Source of the DNA: Lingula anatina
Lineage: Eukaryota; Animalia; Brachiopoda
Assembly (NCBI GenBank): GCA_051362555.1
Contig: CM120640.1
Location: 70,906,788 to 70,970,787, forward strand
DNA: 64,000 bases
Reading direction: 5' to 3'
Position 1 is the first letter of the stretch, and the number at the start of each line of letters is the position of its first letter. A model generated the notes under the pieces. That model was not told where the DNA came from. It was given only the letters and a program-made list of their open reading frames with translations, and did no database searches. Positions 12,277 to 26,060 of the stretch are shown piece after piece. The translations under genes and the position numbers were made by a program.

Positions 12277-12730
12277 AACAATGTCAGTTCAGCTACAAAG
12301 GTAGTTGTTACAAAAATGGATAATGAGCTATTGGTGTCAAATTTAGCCTCACAAAATAGTGCATCCCTGAATAAAATGAAAACGCGTATATTTCTAATAA
12401 GGAAATATTGGCAACAAGAAACTCAGTGCAAGAGACCTAGCTTCCACATTCCCGCGGCACAATAACCTTGACCTTGAACTGCGTGCTCAGCATTTTCTTC
12501 CGCAAAATATAGTCTATAAGAAAATTGGTCGTGACTTTTTAAACCGCCCTTAAACACCGGTGTTTCATACTATTTGCATTTTGCGAAGGAAATCTTATCG
12601 ATTATTTACATAATTTTGGAATAATGATGAATGATGGTCGGGATTATAGACATATTTATTAATGCGCGTTGAACGACACGGCGCTTGTTTCAAATGTCTC
12701 CTTCGGTTCAGTATTTATAATGATTTAAAA
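12277..12730. promoter_or_regulatory. Bidirectional promoter region RMI1 / PDE10A-like
   Basis: Divergent start codons ~450 bp apart (12276 on -, 12731 on +); the interval is locally richer in CpG. Confidence 0.55.
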
Positions 12731-13046
12731 ATGTCAGATCCAACAAAGCGAGGACCAAATAGAAGGTCTTTGCCTTTACCCGGGTATGATGCAGAGAAAC
12801 TATGGAGGAAACATTGCGAAGAATTGAATTCAGCTGAGTCGGGTAAAATTGAATGAATGTCACATAAAAACACGATCGTAACGCAACCCACATAAATAGC
12901 CGCAATGATTTCATTACAATAAATTATCTCTCGATAAATTTTTTGTCTCGTTTTGTAAGATAGAATCTAGGTGTAGAAGAGGGTTTAGAAAAATATCTCG
13001 GATAATAAACTGGTCTGTAGCCAGCAATTTCAAAGGCGTGGGGAGG

Positions 13047-13077
<31 letters not shown>

Positions 13078-16000
13078 TCGATCTAAACTGTTAGATATGA
13101 AAGACAGAAACTTGACATTTTTATAAAGCATGATATTTAGATGAATCTGGGGTAAACAGACTGTAGTACTATGAGGTTGATGTTTTACAATGGATTTATC
13201 TATGTAGATTTCCATGCTAAATTGCAAATAGAACAGCCTAACTTGTATCATATAGCCTTATTATTTGTGATGTGGCCTGTTGGTGATTTGGTTGACCCCT
13301 ATTTTTTGTTACAGTAGCTCATCTCACTCCTTGCAGTGTCCGGGATTATTTAATACTGCACCCAGAACTGCTGGATGAGTTTGTAAAGGAAAAGGTGACA
13401 GCAGATACCATTCAGAAATGGAGAGATGGCAAAGAATTACAGGATAATTGTTATGGTGAAAATGCTACTTCAACATCTTAATAAAGATGTATACAAAGTC
13501 ATTTTTTGTCACAAAAACCAACCAAATGCCAGCATATAGTTTCAAGTAGTATAAATAAGAGAAATACCAAAAGGCATTGTTTAATTTTACCCGAAAATGA
13601 TGTTTGAACGGATTTTTCTGCTGGCATTCTAAGCTGTATGTCAATGGGGCAGGAAAGTACAGTAGGTCTTGAAAGTATGTTAAATTTACAACCAAAGATT
13701 TAAAGGAGCAGTCTAAAGGTCTTTTATGGCTGATCGAGTGATCTATTCAATTTATCCCTTGGCATGTCGAATTTAATTGAGTCATATAAGAAACTAGTAA
13801 AGGTGGTTTACATGTGTTACTGGGAATCCACGCTCCACCGATGCTCAGATCGTATGTACCTTTAAATTTTTTGTCTAAAGTAATGTCTAGAATTCAAATT
13901 GTCAAAAGTGTAGATAAAATTTACAGGAATTGCTACTTCATTTCCATCAATTTGGTCATGTTTTCAAATGAATTAACATTTTATTTTTAGCATTTTGCAG
14001 CCAGCAAGGGCAGAAGTCTAAGTGCACTGTGAGTTACCATGGACAGAATTTTGATTAATTGTTCAAAAGTATCTCAGTTTTCTTTTAGATATTTTAATAA
14101 GTAACATTTGCTGCATTCACACCTGTGAGTGTTTTCAATTGAAACCTCTTTTATCTCTTGATTCCTAACTTTTATCTCATTTCATGTATGTGGCAATGAA
14201 GTAGTAATTTATTGTAGTAAACTTTTCTTTCAGTATGCAGACAGTGATATAAGCGCCATTCAGAGGACACTGGCAGAGAGCACTGACAAGGACGACCAGT
14301 TGTTTTCTAAATTATATGAGCTGGGATGTGTAATGAGAACAGGTAGGATGTGTTATGTGAACAGGTAGGATGTGTTATGTGAACAGGTAGGATGTGTTAT
14401 GTGAACAGGTAGGTAGTTACTGAAGTATGTAGCTGGCAGAAACATTCAGCAGAAAGGAACAAATTAAAATATGAAACTTTTCTTGTGACTAAACAAATCT
14501 GTTTCCTGGCTGATAGAAATTAAGATGAACATTAAATGGATGTAGATATAGAAATTGATTGGGGGGAGATTCATAGATCACAAAAGTACATATTTTGGTG
14601 TAAAAATTTGAAATGGAAAAGTAACCATAAGCAAATGATTATTATCTGATTAATAAGGCACCATGTTTCATCTTCCAGCTTTGGCAGCAGACAGTTATAC
14701 CATGTATATTTTGGGGGAACATGGAAATGTGAGGAAACATTGATTATTATTGCTTTCTTTACAATAATAATAATAATACTAATAAATAATAATAATAATT
14801 ATGATAATAATAATATTTATTATACAATATAATTTTTACTCAATTTTTCTCTTGTATAACTGAAGATATTGACAAAGTTGAGTCTAGTTTGGTAATTTAT
14901 AGTTTTTTTTTTTCTTTCTTTTTTTGGGTGTGTGTGTCAAAACATTTCTCTTAGTTATGTAAAGTTGAAAAGTATGTCATTATTAATGGTACCATTAAGA
15001 TTTAAACCATTAAAGGTTTGTATTTCTCTATTTGCTTTAGGAGTTGTGTGTATATACATACAGTCCCACAGAGTCAAGGTAAGGGTATCATTGTGCTGTT
15101 TTTTCGTCGACTAAAAGTAAAATGAAACATTTAATTTTTTTCAGAAAAGCATTGGCTGCGTATATTTGCACAGTTCCAAATATTTTAACGTGAACACTGC
15201 TGACTGATACTTACTGACACATGAGACCATAAGAACTTTCCATGTGCTTGTTTCTGCATATTCCTCTTTCTCTGCCTCACCTTTCTCTCCTTCACTTCCT
15301 TCTTCCTGCTTCTGTCTATAGAAAATACAGCCCAGGTGTGTTACTGAAAGAGGGCACCACATTAGCTAGCCATGTTGCCTTATCAAAGCAGCCTCTTTTG
15401 TGCACTGATATCTCCCAGGTATTCATGCAGCAAATCCAATTCTATACTAATAACCAAATATAGTATCATGCCTTGTTCTCTGTTGAATTGTACTGAATTG
15501 TTACTGAATTATATCTTTTAGGTAATATCAGGGATGTTTGGGTGACTGTTTTGTGGCAGTACCTGTGAAATGTGTGGAGGTCAGTTTACTATAGTATACA
15601 ATGTTTCCATGTTCTTTATGTTACTTCCAGGATGACCGTTTCCCTCAGGGTCTTGGTAGTGACCTCAGTGACACCCGCAGTGCCATGTGTGTCCCCATCA
15701 TGGCAGGAGGGGACTTGTTAGGTAATAAACAGGGGCAGATCCACGGCTATTTTCTGACAATCTTCTAAATTATCTTTGTTGATCCATCCTCCATTTTTGA
15801 CCATCTTCGAAAAGAAAAAAATTTGATACCCATCAATGTAAACTTGAAAATCTGACCATCTTCCGAAAGACCCTCAGTCTGCCCCTGATATAGACATATA
15901 TATATACATGCAGGCCTGTGGGCAGGATTGAGGGACTGTAAAGAAATGCAATTTTAGTGGGAAAATGCCTGCTTTAGATCATGTCATCTATATTTTATAT

Positions 16001-19000
16001 GACACTTCTCAGGTTGGGTTAACCATGGGGTTAAAAATCCGCATGTTCTAAAAGAGTGTTGCTTACAGGCCTAGGCCTGTATATGGAACTGGCATAAAGA
16101 TCCCCACATCAAAAATTTTAATTACAAGATATCCTCTGTCATAATTTTGTAAATTAACATCATTTTGTGTATTTGCAATATCATGTTTTTTTTTCATACC
16201 GTATTTTAACAATTAAAAAGAACTCAAAAATTATGTAAGATGTCACACAGTGACGTTTCATTTTATGTTATCTTGGATGAATTCCATTGGAAAAATACTG
16301 AATTTAGTTTTTTTTTATGATAATTTTAGGTGTGTATGAGTATTCCAAAAAGTGGGACAAACCAGGATTTACTGAAGCTGACATGAGGGTAAGAAGTAAC
16401 ATAATGCTTTTGTAAGTACTTTGAAATTAACAATATTTATGTATATGAAAGTAATGTATAAATAATAATATAATCTAGAAGTAAAGAAATCATAAGAAGA
16501 AGAAATCATTATGTTCACTTACAGATTAGGGAGTCCATTGTCGCTTTAAGTGTCAGAGTTACTGCAGGAATTGGAATTTGTGGTGCCGAAATAGCTAAAA
16601 GGATTATATTTGTATTTTAATTATATTTTTATCTGGTTATAATATGTCTCAATGTAGACTTTGAAAAATTTTTTAAAGGAGTATGCAACAGCATTTTGTT
16701 TGTTTTCAGGTGGTGGTAGCTAATGTGAGCTGGACTGGACTTGCTGTTAGCCAGTCTAAGGTGAGGCAATAGTGAAAAGACACATTAAATAGCATGGGTC
16801 CCTGTATGAATTATATTTGTTTCCATACAATCATTTAAGTGTTAACAATCTGATACATCTTACAAAAGTAACTCTGTATATCTTTAACTATTATTTGACT
16901 TCAGAATTTCCAGACCCTGTGTAAGCAGTCCCAGTTTAATGACTTCCTCCTACAAGTATCAAAGTGAGTGATCACAGTTGTAGTCTATATAGTCACGACA
17001 ACTCTCTAGTTTTAACTCTCTAGTTTAAACTCCAATATGTATTATGACTCTGTACAATCTTAAACTAGGCTTAGTTTTTAACACTGCAGCTCATGCAAAC
17101 ATGAAGATGTATTTTGATTTTTATTACCATTTCTTCCAGAGTGATGTTTGATGAAGTCACTACTATAAAGCAGTTGATAGGTACTATCATGGTAAGTGTC
17201 ATCCTCAACTGGAGACAAAGGCCGTCTGTGGCATTATACTTGTATGCACAGAAAAATCATCAGAAAAATTTAGTGAAATTTTTGTTTACTTTTTCCTTAT
17301 TAACTTATTTGTTTATGAATTATTTAATGTTGTCTGTATTCCAGTCCTATGCTAAGGTTCTGGTCAATGCAGATCGGTGTGCAATGTTCCTGGTGTCAGA
17401 ATCTGGCACAGAGATGACTGCTGAGCTGTTTGATGAAGGGAAAAAAGTCAATGGAAAATCTGTGTTCACAGAGAAACAAGATATCAGGTAGCCAGTTCTG
17501 TTCTTAAAAGGTGTTTTTACTTATTTTTTCTTGGATGGTATTTTGGCCATTTGTTTTTTCATTGTTACTGCTCATGCAAATTTGATATTTTTGAGAAGTA
17601 TCTTTGTCGCCTACTTTTAAACTGAAGATAATTGACAGGGTGTTGTGTATTGAAGAATAGTGAAGTTCTGAAATCAGTTTGGCTGAATTTTTATGTCTGT
17701 ATAAACTTATGATTATATTAATGAAATGGTTACAAATTCAGATTCAGTACAAGTAAAGGTATAGCAGGTCATGTAGCGAGAACAGGGGAGGTGGTTAACA
17801 TAGCTGATGTGTACGCTGACCCAAGGTTTAACAGGTATTAACACATTAAGGGTAGGGGTGGAGGGTTGCAAAATCAGTAACAACAGCACTGGAATAGACA
17901 CATGACACACATCACATGACACATACATTCAATCACAAAACTTTATGGATTGATTCATGGATGTATCTTAGATGTATGTATTTAGGTTAATTGCATGAGA
18001 TGAAATAATACAAATTATAGTTAAATTACATCATGACAATCTCACTGTGTTTTAAATCTAAATGTCTTTGTAGGAATTTAACAGAAAAAAAAGCATTACA
18101 TGTCTGTGGACAAGAATGATAGTTCAATTTGCATTGTGAATTAATTCCAGAGAAATAGACCGCCAGACAGGATACACCACACACAACATGTTGGCCATGC
18201 CTATCATCAGTAAGGGGGCGGTCATTGGGGTGGTACAGATGGTCAACAAGAGGAATGGACCCAGGTTTAGTTCTGCTGGTGAGGCAGAAGACTGCATGAC
18301 AAATAGCAGGAAAATGCATGGAATTTTAGAAATTTGAATTTGAAACATAAATGGGTATTTGAATGAGTTGTGATAATATATCATTGGAAAGAAAAAAGGG
18401 GTTTTGTTTCATTTTATATTGATTTGGTTTTAGATAGATTAGTTAAGGCTTCATTGTGCCTAGTAACTTTTGTAGGAATTTTATGATATTGCTTGCTCTG
18501 ATAAATTGTTTTCTGATAATTATTTCAGATGAATCTGCTTTTAAGACATTTGCAGTTTATTGTGCCCTAGCTCTTCACATTTCAAAGGTATGCAATAGAA
18601 CACGCCGTGATATGTGAAAAAAAAAACATGTCCCTTAAAGTTAGAAAACCCTGTCTTGCTTAGTTTTTTATCAGAATGATTAATACACTGCTGCAAATAA
18701 GTTGGAAAAAACTCGGTGAATTGAATGAAGAATTGTCTGACACACAGTACTTTGAAAGTTGAATGTGCTGTCCTTCTCTAATTGTGTTAGTTGTGAAGGA
18801 ATGTGTTGGTTGTGATTGAATGTGTTAGTTACATTGTTGTTGTATTAGTTTTGAAGCAATGCAGTTATTACATTGGACTAGTATTAGATACGGTGGAATA
18901 TGTTAGTTGTATATGATCGTGTTTGTTGCAGCCTGATAGTGATAGTTTTGAAGGAATGAGGTAATAACATTTCACTTACAAGTGCAAGTTGTGATGGAAC

Positions 19001-21871
19001 ATGCATTATGATTGTGCTAGTTGAGATGGGATGTGTTAGTTGAGAAGTGATTGTTCAAAAGTGTGATTTGTGTTTTAGGCCTACAGGGACATGCGTCATC
19101 AACAGAACCTGTTCAATGTGGCCAGGGAGATGGTAGGATACTACACACAATGCTCTGCAGAGGAAGTTGAGGCACTCTTGGCAGATCCTTTCCCAAGAAA
19201 CTTTCCTGAAGATTTTTTCAAGTAAGTTGGCCCAGAATGATATGTATAAAACTGTCCAGCTTGTGCATCTGTATCTTTCAGACTAAAATGAGTTATGCAT
19301 GTCTGAATTATTGTAGATTGACAGTGTCAGAAATGTAGCCAAATTTAAAATTTTTAAAATTTCTTTTCCAGAATTACATATGACTGCAAAGGCCATGAAA
19401 ACCAGATGGTAAAACAGATGGTCTACATGTTCTATGACTTATTTGGAACTGCAAGGTATACAACTAAAAGTACCTGTTAATGCATGATTCCTTGAAAATA
19501 TTTCCTATATAGACTATTAGGATTTTCATCGTAGAATGTTCTTTATTTATTGTATTAATTTTGACTGCCCATAAATTCATAAGTTAAACCATTGCTTTCA
19601 AAGTCTTATTTGAAAGTGGCAAGTTTCCACCTTATTTCCATAGTATTAACTCTTATAGGTTTGACTTGGAGACCCTGTGCCGCTTCGTCTTATCTGTGAA
19701 AAAGAGCTACCGCCACGCGGTGCCCTACCACAATTTTGCCCATGGCTTCTTTGTGTGCCACTGTCTGTACTTGGTTTTGAGAGAATTACGCTGGGAACTC
19801 TTTACAGAAAATGAGGTACTTAACATCTTATATGGCTCTGTTAAGAACATGGGGTTGATATGAAAATTTTCCAGGTAAGGTTGGATGGTGAAGGCGTTGT
19901 GGAGGTGGAGAGACCATCAGGGTATTAGTAGCAATGCTTTTAAGTGGGGTTTGCCATGTTTAGTTGGTGGATCACTTAGTCAGAGGACCATCTGTTCTGA
20001 AAGTGCTCCAAATGTTCCAGGCCCTGACACTGATGGTTGCTGCTCTGTGCCATGATGTGGACCACAGAGGGAAGAACAACTCCTTCTTGCAGAAGCTAAA
20101 TGAACCCCTGTGGCACATCTACAGCGGCTCTGTGATGGAGAAACACCACTTCCAGTGCACTGTTGGCATTTTGCAGGTAGGTACTCAGTCTGTGGGCCAC
20201 TGTAGACTACCCCACACCCCACTCCTTCAGCGATTTTCTTTCACTATGTTTTTCTTATAGCTCAGGTCGTAGATTTGAAAGTGTCTCTTACGGGACCTAA
20301 ATCAGATGGATTAACTTACAGATTTATATTTTGACCAATTTCAAGTTTATTTGTAAAGACAAATCCATTCCCCAGAAACAAGGTCATGATTTGTTTGGCT
20401 CCATGGGTTCAGAGGAGTACAAGGAGGCCCTCGGCATGGTCAGGACTGCCATCTTGGACACGGATCTGCTCCAGTTCCTGCCGGCACAGAAGAAGGTGGC
20501 CAAGTGGCTGGAGGACGGGGTCTTTGATGTCAACAACCCTGAACACAGGTGAGCAGGGGATGGTTGGTTAGAACTCCTAACCCTCAGAGTCCAGTCATGT
20601 TTTGATACCAGATCATATTTACAAACTGTAAGATAAATCTGCACTCTTCATGATTAATGTGATATTTCTATGTCCAGTGGATGTTTTAAACCTAGATTAA
20701 CAGTTTTTTACTTTAATGTAGAACGTGAAATTCAAATGTACTGAACTTATTTGTCCATTTCAGCAGGATATTTGTTTTTACCACTGCTGTTTATATTGTT
20801 ATCCTACAGGGGAGAATTCATATCAATTCTTATGACTGCCTGTGACCTGAACAGCATGTGCAAGCAGCAGGAATGCCACATCCGTGAAGTCTCTTTGTTA
20901 TATGAAGAGTTTTATAAACAGGTATGTTGTGACAGTTTAATTGAGGAAATCTAGTTGACCACATGTCTTTGTATTTGAAAGTTTGGATATTACCATATCT
21001 GTTAGAAAAATGAAATTGAATTATTTAACATACTTTTAAATGTCCAAGAGGCAAATATTAATGTTATTAATAAACAGTGACATTTTTAAATAGAAGCATC
21101 AATCAAATTCTATCTGTGTAAAATGTCTGTAGGGTGATGAAGAAAAACTGCATGGGGTGGAACCTCTCCCCATGATGGACAGAAGTCAGAAGGATAAAAT
21201 TCCAAGTCAACAGGTGGGAAAATAATAACATTTAGTCTTTTGGATAACATTCTTCACTAATTTCCTTGAAATGATAGAGTTGATCCCTGCATTGGTAACT
21301 CTGAAGCTAATAAATATCACTGCCTCTAGTCCAAAACTGCAGGTATAATACAGAATTTACCAAGATTTGTGCACATGTGATGTCCACGCAGCTGCCATAG
21401 AATCTTTTTATCTTAGCCTACCACCCTTCTGTCAAACAAAAAGGAAGGGTTAAAGGTAAAATGTAATTTTTAGGATTTTTATTTCTGCCTAGGTGGGCTT
21501 CATTAAGCACATTTGCATCCCCTGCTATACCACCATTGTCCACATCTTGCCTTTTATGCAGCCCATGTTAGACGGCCTTCAGTAAGTAGTAGTACTTATA
21601 GCAGGATTTCAGAATAGGTCTTGATGTAATTAATGGTTTTAATCTTGGATGGACAGAGGACTTCACTTGTCAAATGATACATAATCTTTGGTACGAGTAG
21701 TTGATTGCTCTCGAGATACTCAAATTGAGTTTTTATGAAAAGATGAGGAAGAAGGAATCAATTTCACCAGCATTTGTTCTTTGTAGGAGGAATTTAGAGT
21801 ACTGGCAAAGTTTACAAAACAAGGAAGCCATGTGGGAACCGGAGAAATCTCGCCCTACCCCAGAGAGTTAA
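12731..21871 (+). CDS. PDE10A: PDE10A-like cyclic nucleotide phosphodiesterase (GAF-A, GAF-B, PDEase), more than 20 small exons
   Basis: Exon at 13315 encodes [33 protein letters not shown] (PDE10A N-terminal motif); GAF motifs [16 protein letters not shown]...[13 protein letters not shown]; catalytic [43 protein letters not shown]|VGF. Stop TAA at 21869-21871. The start ATG at 12731 is inferred. Confidence 0.88.
14324..14413 (+). repeat. 22-bp tandem repeat made of a PDE exon end plus its splice donor (4 copies)
   Basis: Exonic GGATGTGTAATGAGAACAG|GTA is followed by three copies of GGATGTGTTATGTGAACAGGTA. Confidence 0.9.
18760..19070 (+). repeat. Degenerate GT-rich minisatellite in a PDE intron
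   Basis: Recurrent variants of GTTAGTTGTGA..GGAATGT. Confidence 0.5.
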
Positions 21872-23097
21872 TGGGTGGAGCTGTGCATGCACACCTTACA
21901 GTAGCCTTTTTAAAATGTAAAAATGAACATGTACTTCTGTAATATCTGTATTGCAGTTGAAGGCAAATTATCATTCTTAAGCATGAAAATGGTCAATGTT
22001 CAATATTTAAAACAAAACAGTTGTCACAGCATATTTCAAATATTTCCAAGGATCTAATTGTTATTCAAGTTTTTTTTTTTTTCATTTGAATAAAGTTGAT
22101 ACAGATATTGGTAAAAGGTGGGTGTTCATTATAAATTCAGTGGCAGTTTTTGTTTTCACCAAATCAAAAAATAAAATAAAAAAGAAGAAAAATGATAATA
22201 CCAATAATGTTATTTTATTCAAAATAATTCTCATGAATCCATGTGCAAGGAATGAAAAACTGGCACAGCTAACATTACCAGTGTAAGAAATTGACATTTA
22301 CACTATAGCGCCCAGAAGCAAAAAAGAATGGACACTTTTCTACTATTTGCAAGTGGCTTTTTTTAAACATGGACATGCTGAACTAGTAAAATGGGCGTAT
22401 TTCCATGGGTGATATAGCGCGTTTAATATAGGCAATGTTGACTACGTTGAGAAATTTCACATCTTGAATCCTAGAACTAAACAAAGATGTACATAATTAT
22501 GTCCATATAAAGCTATGATATTCATACAATATTTGTGCTGTTGTACATCAGCCTAATCTAAACGCGTACAAAAGTGGGAAATCGTGCAAGCCTAATGATT
22601 TTATTGTGACATTTTTTTTTGCACAACTATACTGGTATTGTTCAAAATACAAGGCCAGAATGACAAGTTCTTAAGAGCAAACTGCAAACATTTTACAAAA
22701 TGCTATGAAATGTCTTGATTAAAATGAAATCACAACTAATTTATTTCTTTGTGCCGACTTCTGTCAACTTAAGTTTTCAGGACTTTCTACAGTTTCAGTC
22801 AATTGTTTCAATACCGATGTCAATACCTCATTACTGGTACATGTCCAGATAATATCAATGTTTTCAATGATTGCAACCAAGAAATAACACTAGTTGTTCC
22901 TGAAGACAGCACATTAGGTGTCAGAGACATCTAATACCACAGTGGTCAACCATGCCATCTCTCTTTACCTCTGTACTGTCAGCAACAATGTCAACTCAAG
23001 AGCGCCTCTTGAATGACAACAAATTTCATGAATAAAAGTCTACATAAATAGTTTGCCTGCTACATTATTAACAATATCAAATTTGATTGTTTTCCCC

Positions 23098-25767
23098 TCA
23101 CGTTGTTCGAACTTTTCCAGGGACATAGTTTTTATCTATCATGGGTTCTTGTAGAAACATGTGTAAGCATCTTTCATTCTGTGCCAATGGGTGCCCTGCA
23201 ACCCTATAAATAAACAAAGAAAATTGATATATCTTGTGTCGGGTCATAAATCAGTTAACACATGTTAAAGGATTAAAACTACAGCAGTTGCAATAAATAA
23301 ATAAATAAATATTACATTAAAATATATATATATGGGGCCCTAAAAATGACTTTGAACATGTACTTATCTTTAATGAAACAATTAGGACAGATGAATGTTT
23401 ATTGTAAAGGAAAAAATGGCAAAATGCAATCCCAATCTTTTTAAGGGGAGTATTTAACAAACTGTCTGTCACACAATTCTTGAAATCAACTGAAAAATTG
23501 ATAACATTTATCAAGATAGAAGACTATGTTTTTCCAAATGAGTGGTTTGAGGAATGCGTCTTCACTTACTTGTTGACAAATTGCTCTAATCCTTTCCTTC
23601 TTTCTTCAATAAATTCATCCTCAAAAATGCCGTCGTCTCCTCGAAAGGGCAGCTGCCTTTTTAACGCTTTGCCTGGCAGAGGGGGGACCACAATCTGAAG
23701 AAAAGAATGATATACAGCACATAATAATAATAATTACACCACAGACACAAAATACATGCTTCATATTGACTTGCAGATTTATTATTAGTGAATGCATATG
23801 TCTGCAACAAAAAATAAAACTGGGTGATATGTAAATTCAAAGAAATGCCTTGCTATGTATTTTTATTCATAGATATGCTCACATTAGTGTATCTCTGTAT
23901 GCATTTATGGTACACCTGATCTCTCTTTTTTAATGTCAGGTATCAGACATTACTGATTATGACTGAACAGTCTATGACTAAGGCTTTCACAGCCAGAATA
24001 TAAATCCAACATCCAGGAAACCAATACAGTTCTGTTAAATTTCTGCACAGCCACTTAATTATCTGCTAAATGAAGCCTCTTCTGTTAACACCCAAAATGG
24101 GATGATGTTATTATCATTTGTTGTACTGCATCAGGCCACTGAATTTCCATATAAATCTGATTGAATTTTCCAATAATGTGCAGTCTACATATTTTTGGGT
24201 GAGAGAAGAAGGAATTTATTCCCAACAGAATATTAAACAGAAAGCACACATTTCACACTACTGTGTACAGCAAGCACCTGCTAGTTCAGTTATGGTGAAT
24301 CATGTGATACAATGTAGCTTGGTGTACAAGATAACTGACCATCATATCCCCAGCCAGGATAACATGACCCAAGATAACAGGCTTAGATGACAGTCTTATC
24401 TGTGTCTTGCAGCTTACACTAACTGCCCATTCAAAACTACTGAATTCTATCCAATCAGCAAATCCACTTCATTTCCCTGATATCACTACTAAATTTTGTT
24501 CCTATGATTTGCTACGAAGATTAAGTAGGAACAAACTGATAATTTCAGAGACTTATTGAGCACAGGCACAAAATGTCTGCCTAAGTGCAACAACTGTTTT
24601 TTACATTCTACAATTCAATAGCTACCTTGGTATCTCTTTCTAGCTCTATCTGTAACAATTCAAAATCTCTGTATCTACAATATTCTACAATTTTTTCTAT
24701 ATATTAGTCTCTATAGCTACCTTGCCATCTCTCTCTAGCTTATTCCATAACCATTCCGAGTCACTGTACTTCTACAATATTCTACAATTTATTTTAAATC
24801 TTAGTCTCTCCAGATACCTTGCTATCTCTCTCCAGCTCATTCCGTAACCATTCAAAATCACTGTATCTTCTCCGTGTGCTGGACTCCTTCATCTTGAATA
24901 CTGGCAGATTTGTCTGAAACCAATGAGACGTGAATTAGCACAGCAATATCAGTTTAACACAATATCAATCTTGTAAGTCAATAATGCAGGTTTAATAATG
25001 AAAAATGAAAATGCAATTTTGGTAAATAGAAAGGAAGTGTGCATACTGGCACTTCATGGTAAACAATGTCACTACACAAAATTTATTTTTGCTTTCGTTC
25101 TTTAAACATTTGATATTCAATGGGAAAAGTAGCTAAATTACTGGAGTACATTTGTCCTTATCATCAATTTTAAGGGCGGGGGGGGGGTGTCAATAAGTTT
25201 GACATATATTTAGTCGGGTGCTTATTTGTACTGGGGAGATCTAAGTAATGGACAAATTCTTATGGATAATTGGTTACTTTGGAAACAAAATTAACGACAC
25301 GCTGTTAAGAGAATTTCATTAATCTGTGGGCGTAAAGTTTGACAGCACTTGTTAAATAATTATTAACTGTAGACAATTTCTTTATTGAGCTTTCAAAGCA
25401 AGCTAACAAAATCAGTGCAATATGTGCGTAGTGGACTGACTCAGCATGGTGAGTAAATAACAATAGCTGACATATTATTATACTAACCACCAACAATGTG
25501 TCAGTGTCCCCAAACTACCCCAAATTTGGAGGAAGTATGGTTGATAGACATGACTTGGGGCTTGGGGACGGAAACAAGATCACTAGATACTTTGTAATAA
25601 ATTCTCACCCTCATGCGAACTTCATAGTCTGTAAACCTCTTTTTCCCGATACCGTGGGTCTCTGCATTCAACACGTCTATTTCAAGAAAGTTTGCTGGAG
25701 GAGAGTACGCATCTTCTAACGTTTGTTTCTTCGATTGAATCCTCGCTGTCGCGCCGACACCAGCCAT
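23098..25767 (-). CDS. SNX3: Sorting nexin 3/12 (PX-only); exons 25767-25609, 24913-24818, 23694-23570, 23203-23098
   Basis: AYSPPANFLEIDV...FTDYEVRMRTNLPVF...RRRYSDFEWLRNELERDSKIVVPPLPGK...QLPFRGDDGIF...GHPLAQNERCLHMFLQ; probably co-orthologous to vertebrate SNX3 and SNX12. Confidence 0.95.
24620..24868 (-). repeat. ~96-bp degenerate tandem triplication of the SNX exon 2 3' half plus splice donor
   Basis: Intronic copies at 24771-24721 and 24674-24626 resemble the exonic YSDFEWLRNELERDSK coding sequence, and each is followed by GTAGCT. Confidence 0.85.
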
Positions 25768-26060
25768 CTTCGGAACTCCTACACCACTTTTGATGACGTA
25801 GTCAGCACAAGTTTCTGGAAAAAATTACCAACATTATCCAACACGTAGTAAATGACAAATATTCGCCTTATAATGCACAGGAGTAGGTTAAAGCTCACAA
25901 CCTATAAAACTGCTAGATGCTTATATAACCTGTATCAAAATGTTAGAGAATGTGCTTTCTATCAATGAACGTCATGTGACCCAAATCGGTGCAAAGAGCA
26001 CACGTGTAGCAACGTCATCATTGTCTGTTAGCTGAAGAAGGAGGGAGAGAAAGAGAGGTA
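25768..26060. promoter_or_regulatory. Bidirectional promoter SNX3 / GFUS with CRE/ATF-like and E-box motifs
   Basis: TGATGACGT (25791) and its inverse ACGTCATCA (26012), GTCATGTGAC (25971), CACGTG (26001). Plus-strand donors at ~26057/26069 suggest a non-coding first exon of GFUS. Confidence 0.55.

Noticed and set aside
19660-21580. Possibly catalytically dead PDE
   Set aside because: The metal-binding His/Asp residues and the invariant Gln are all present.
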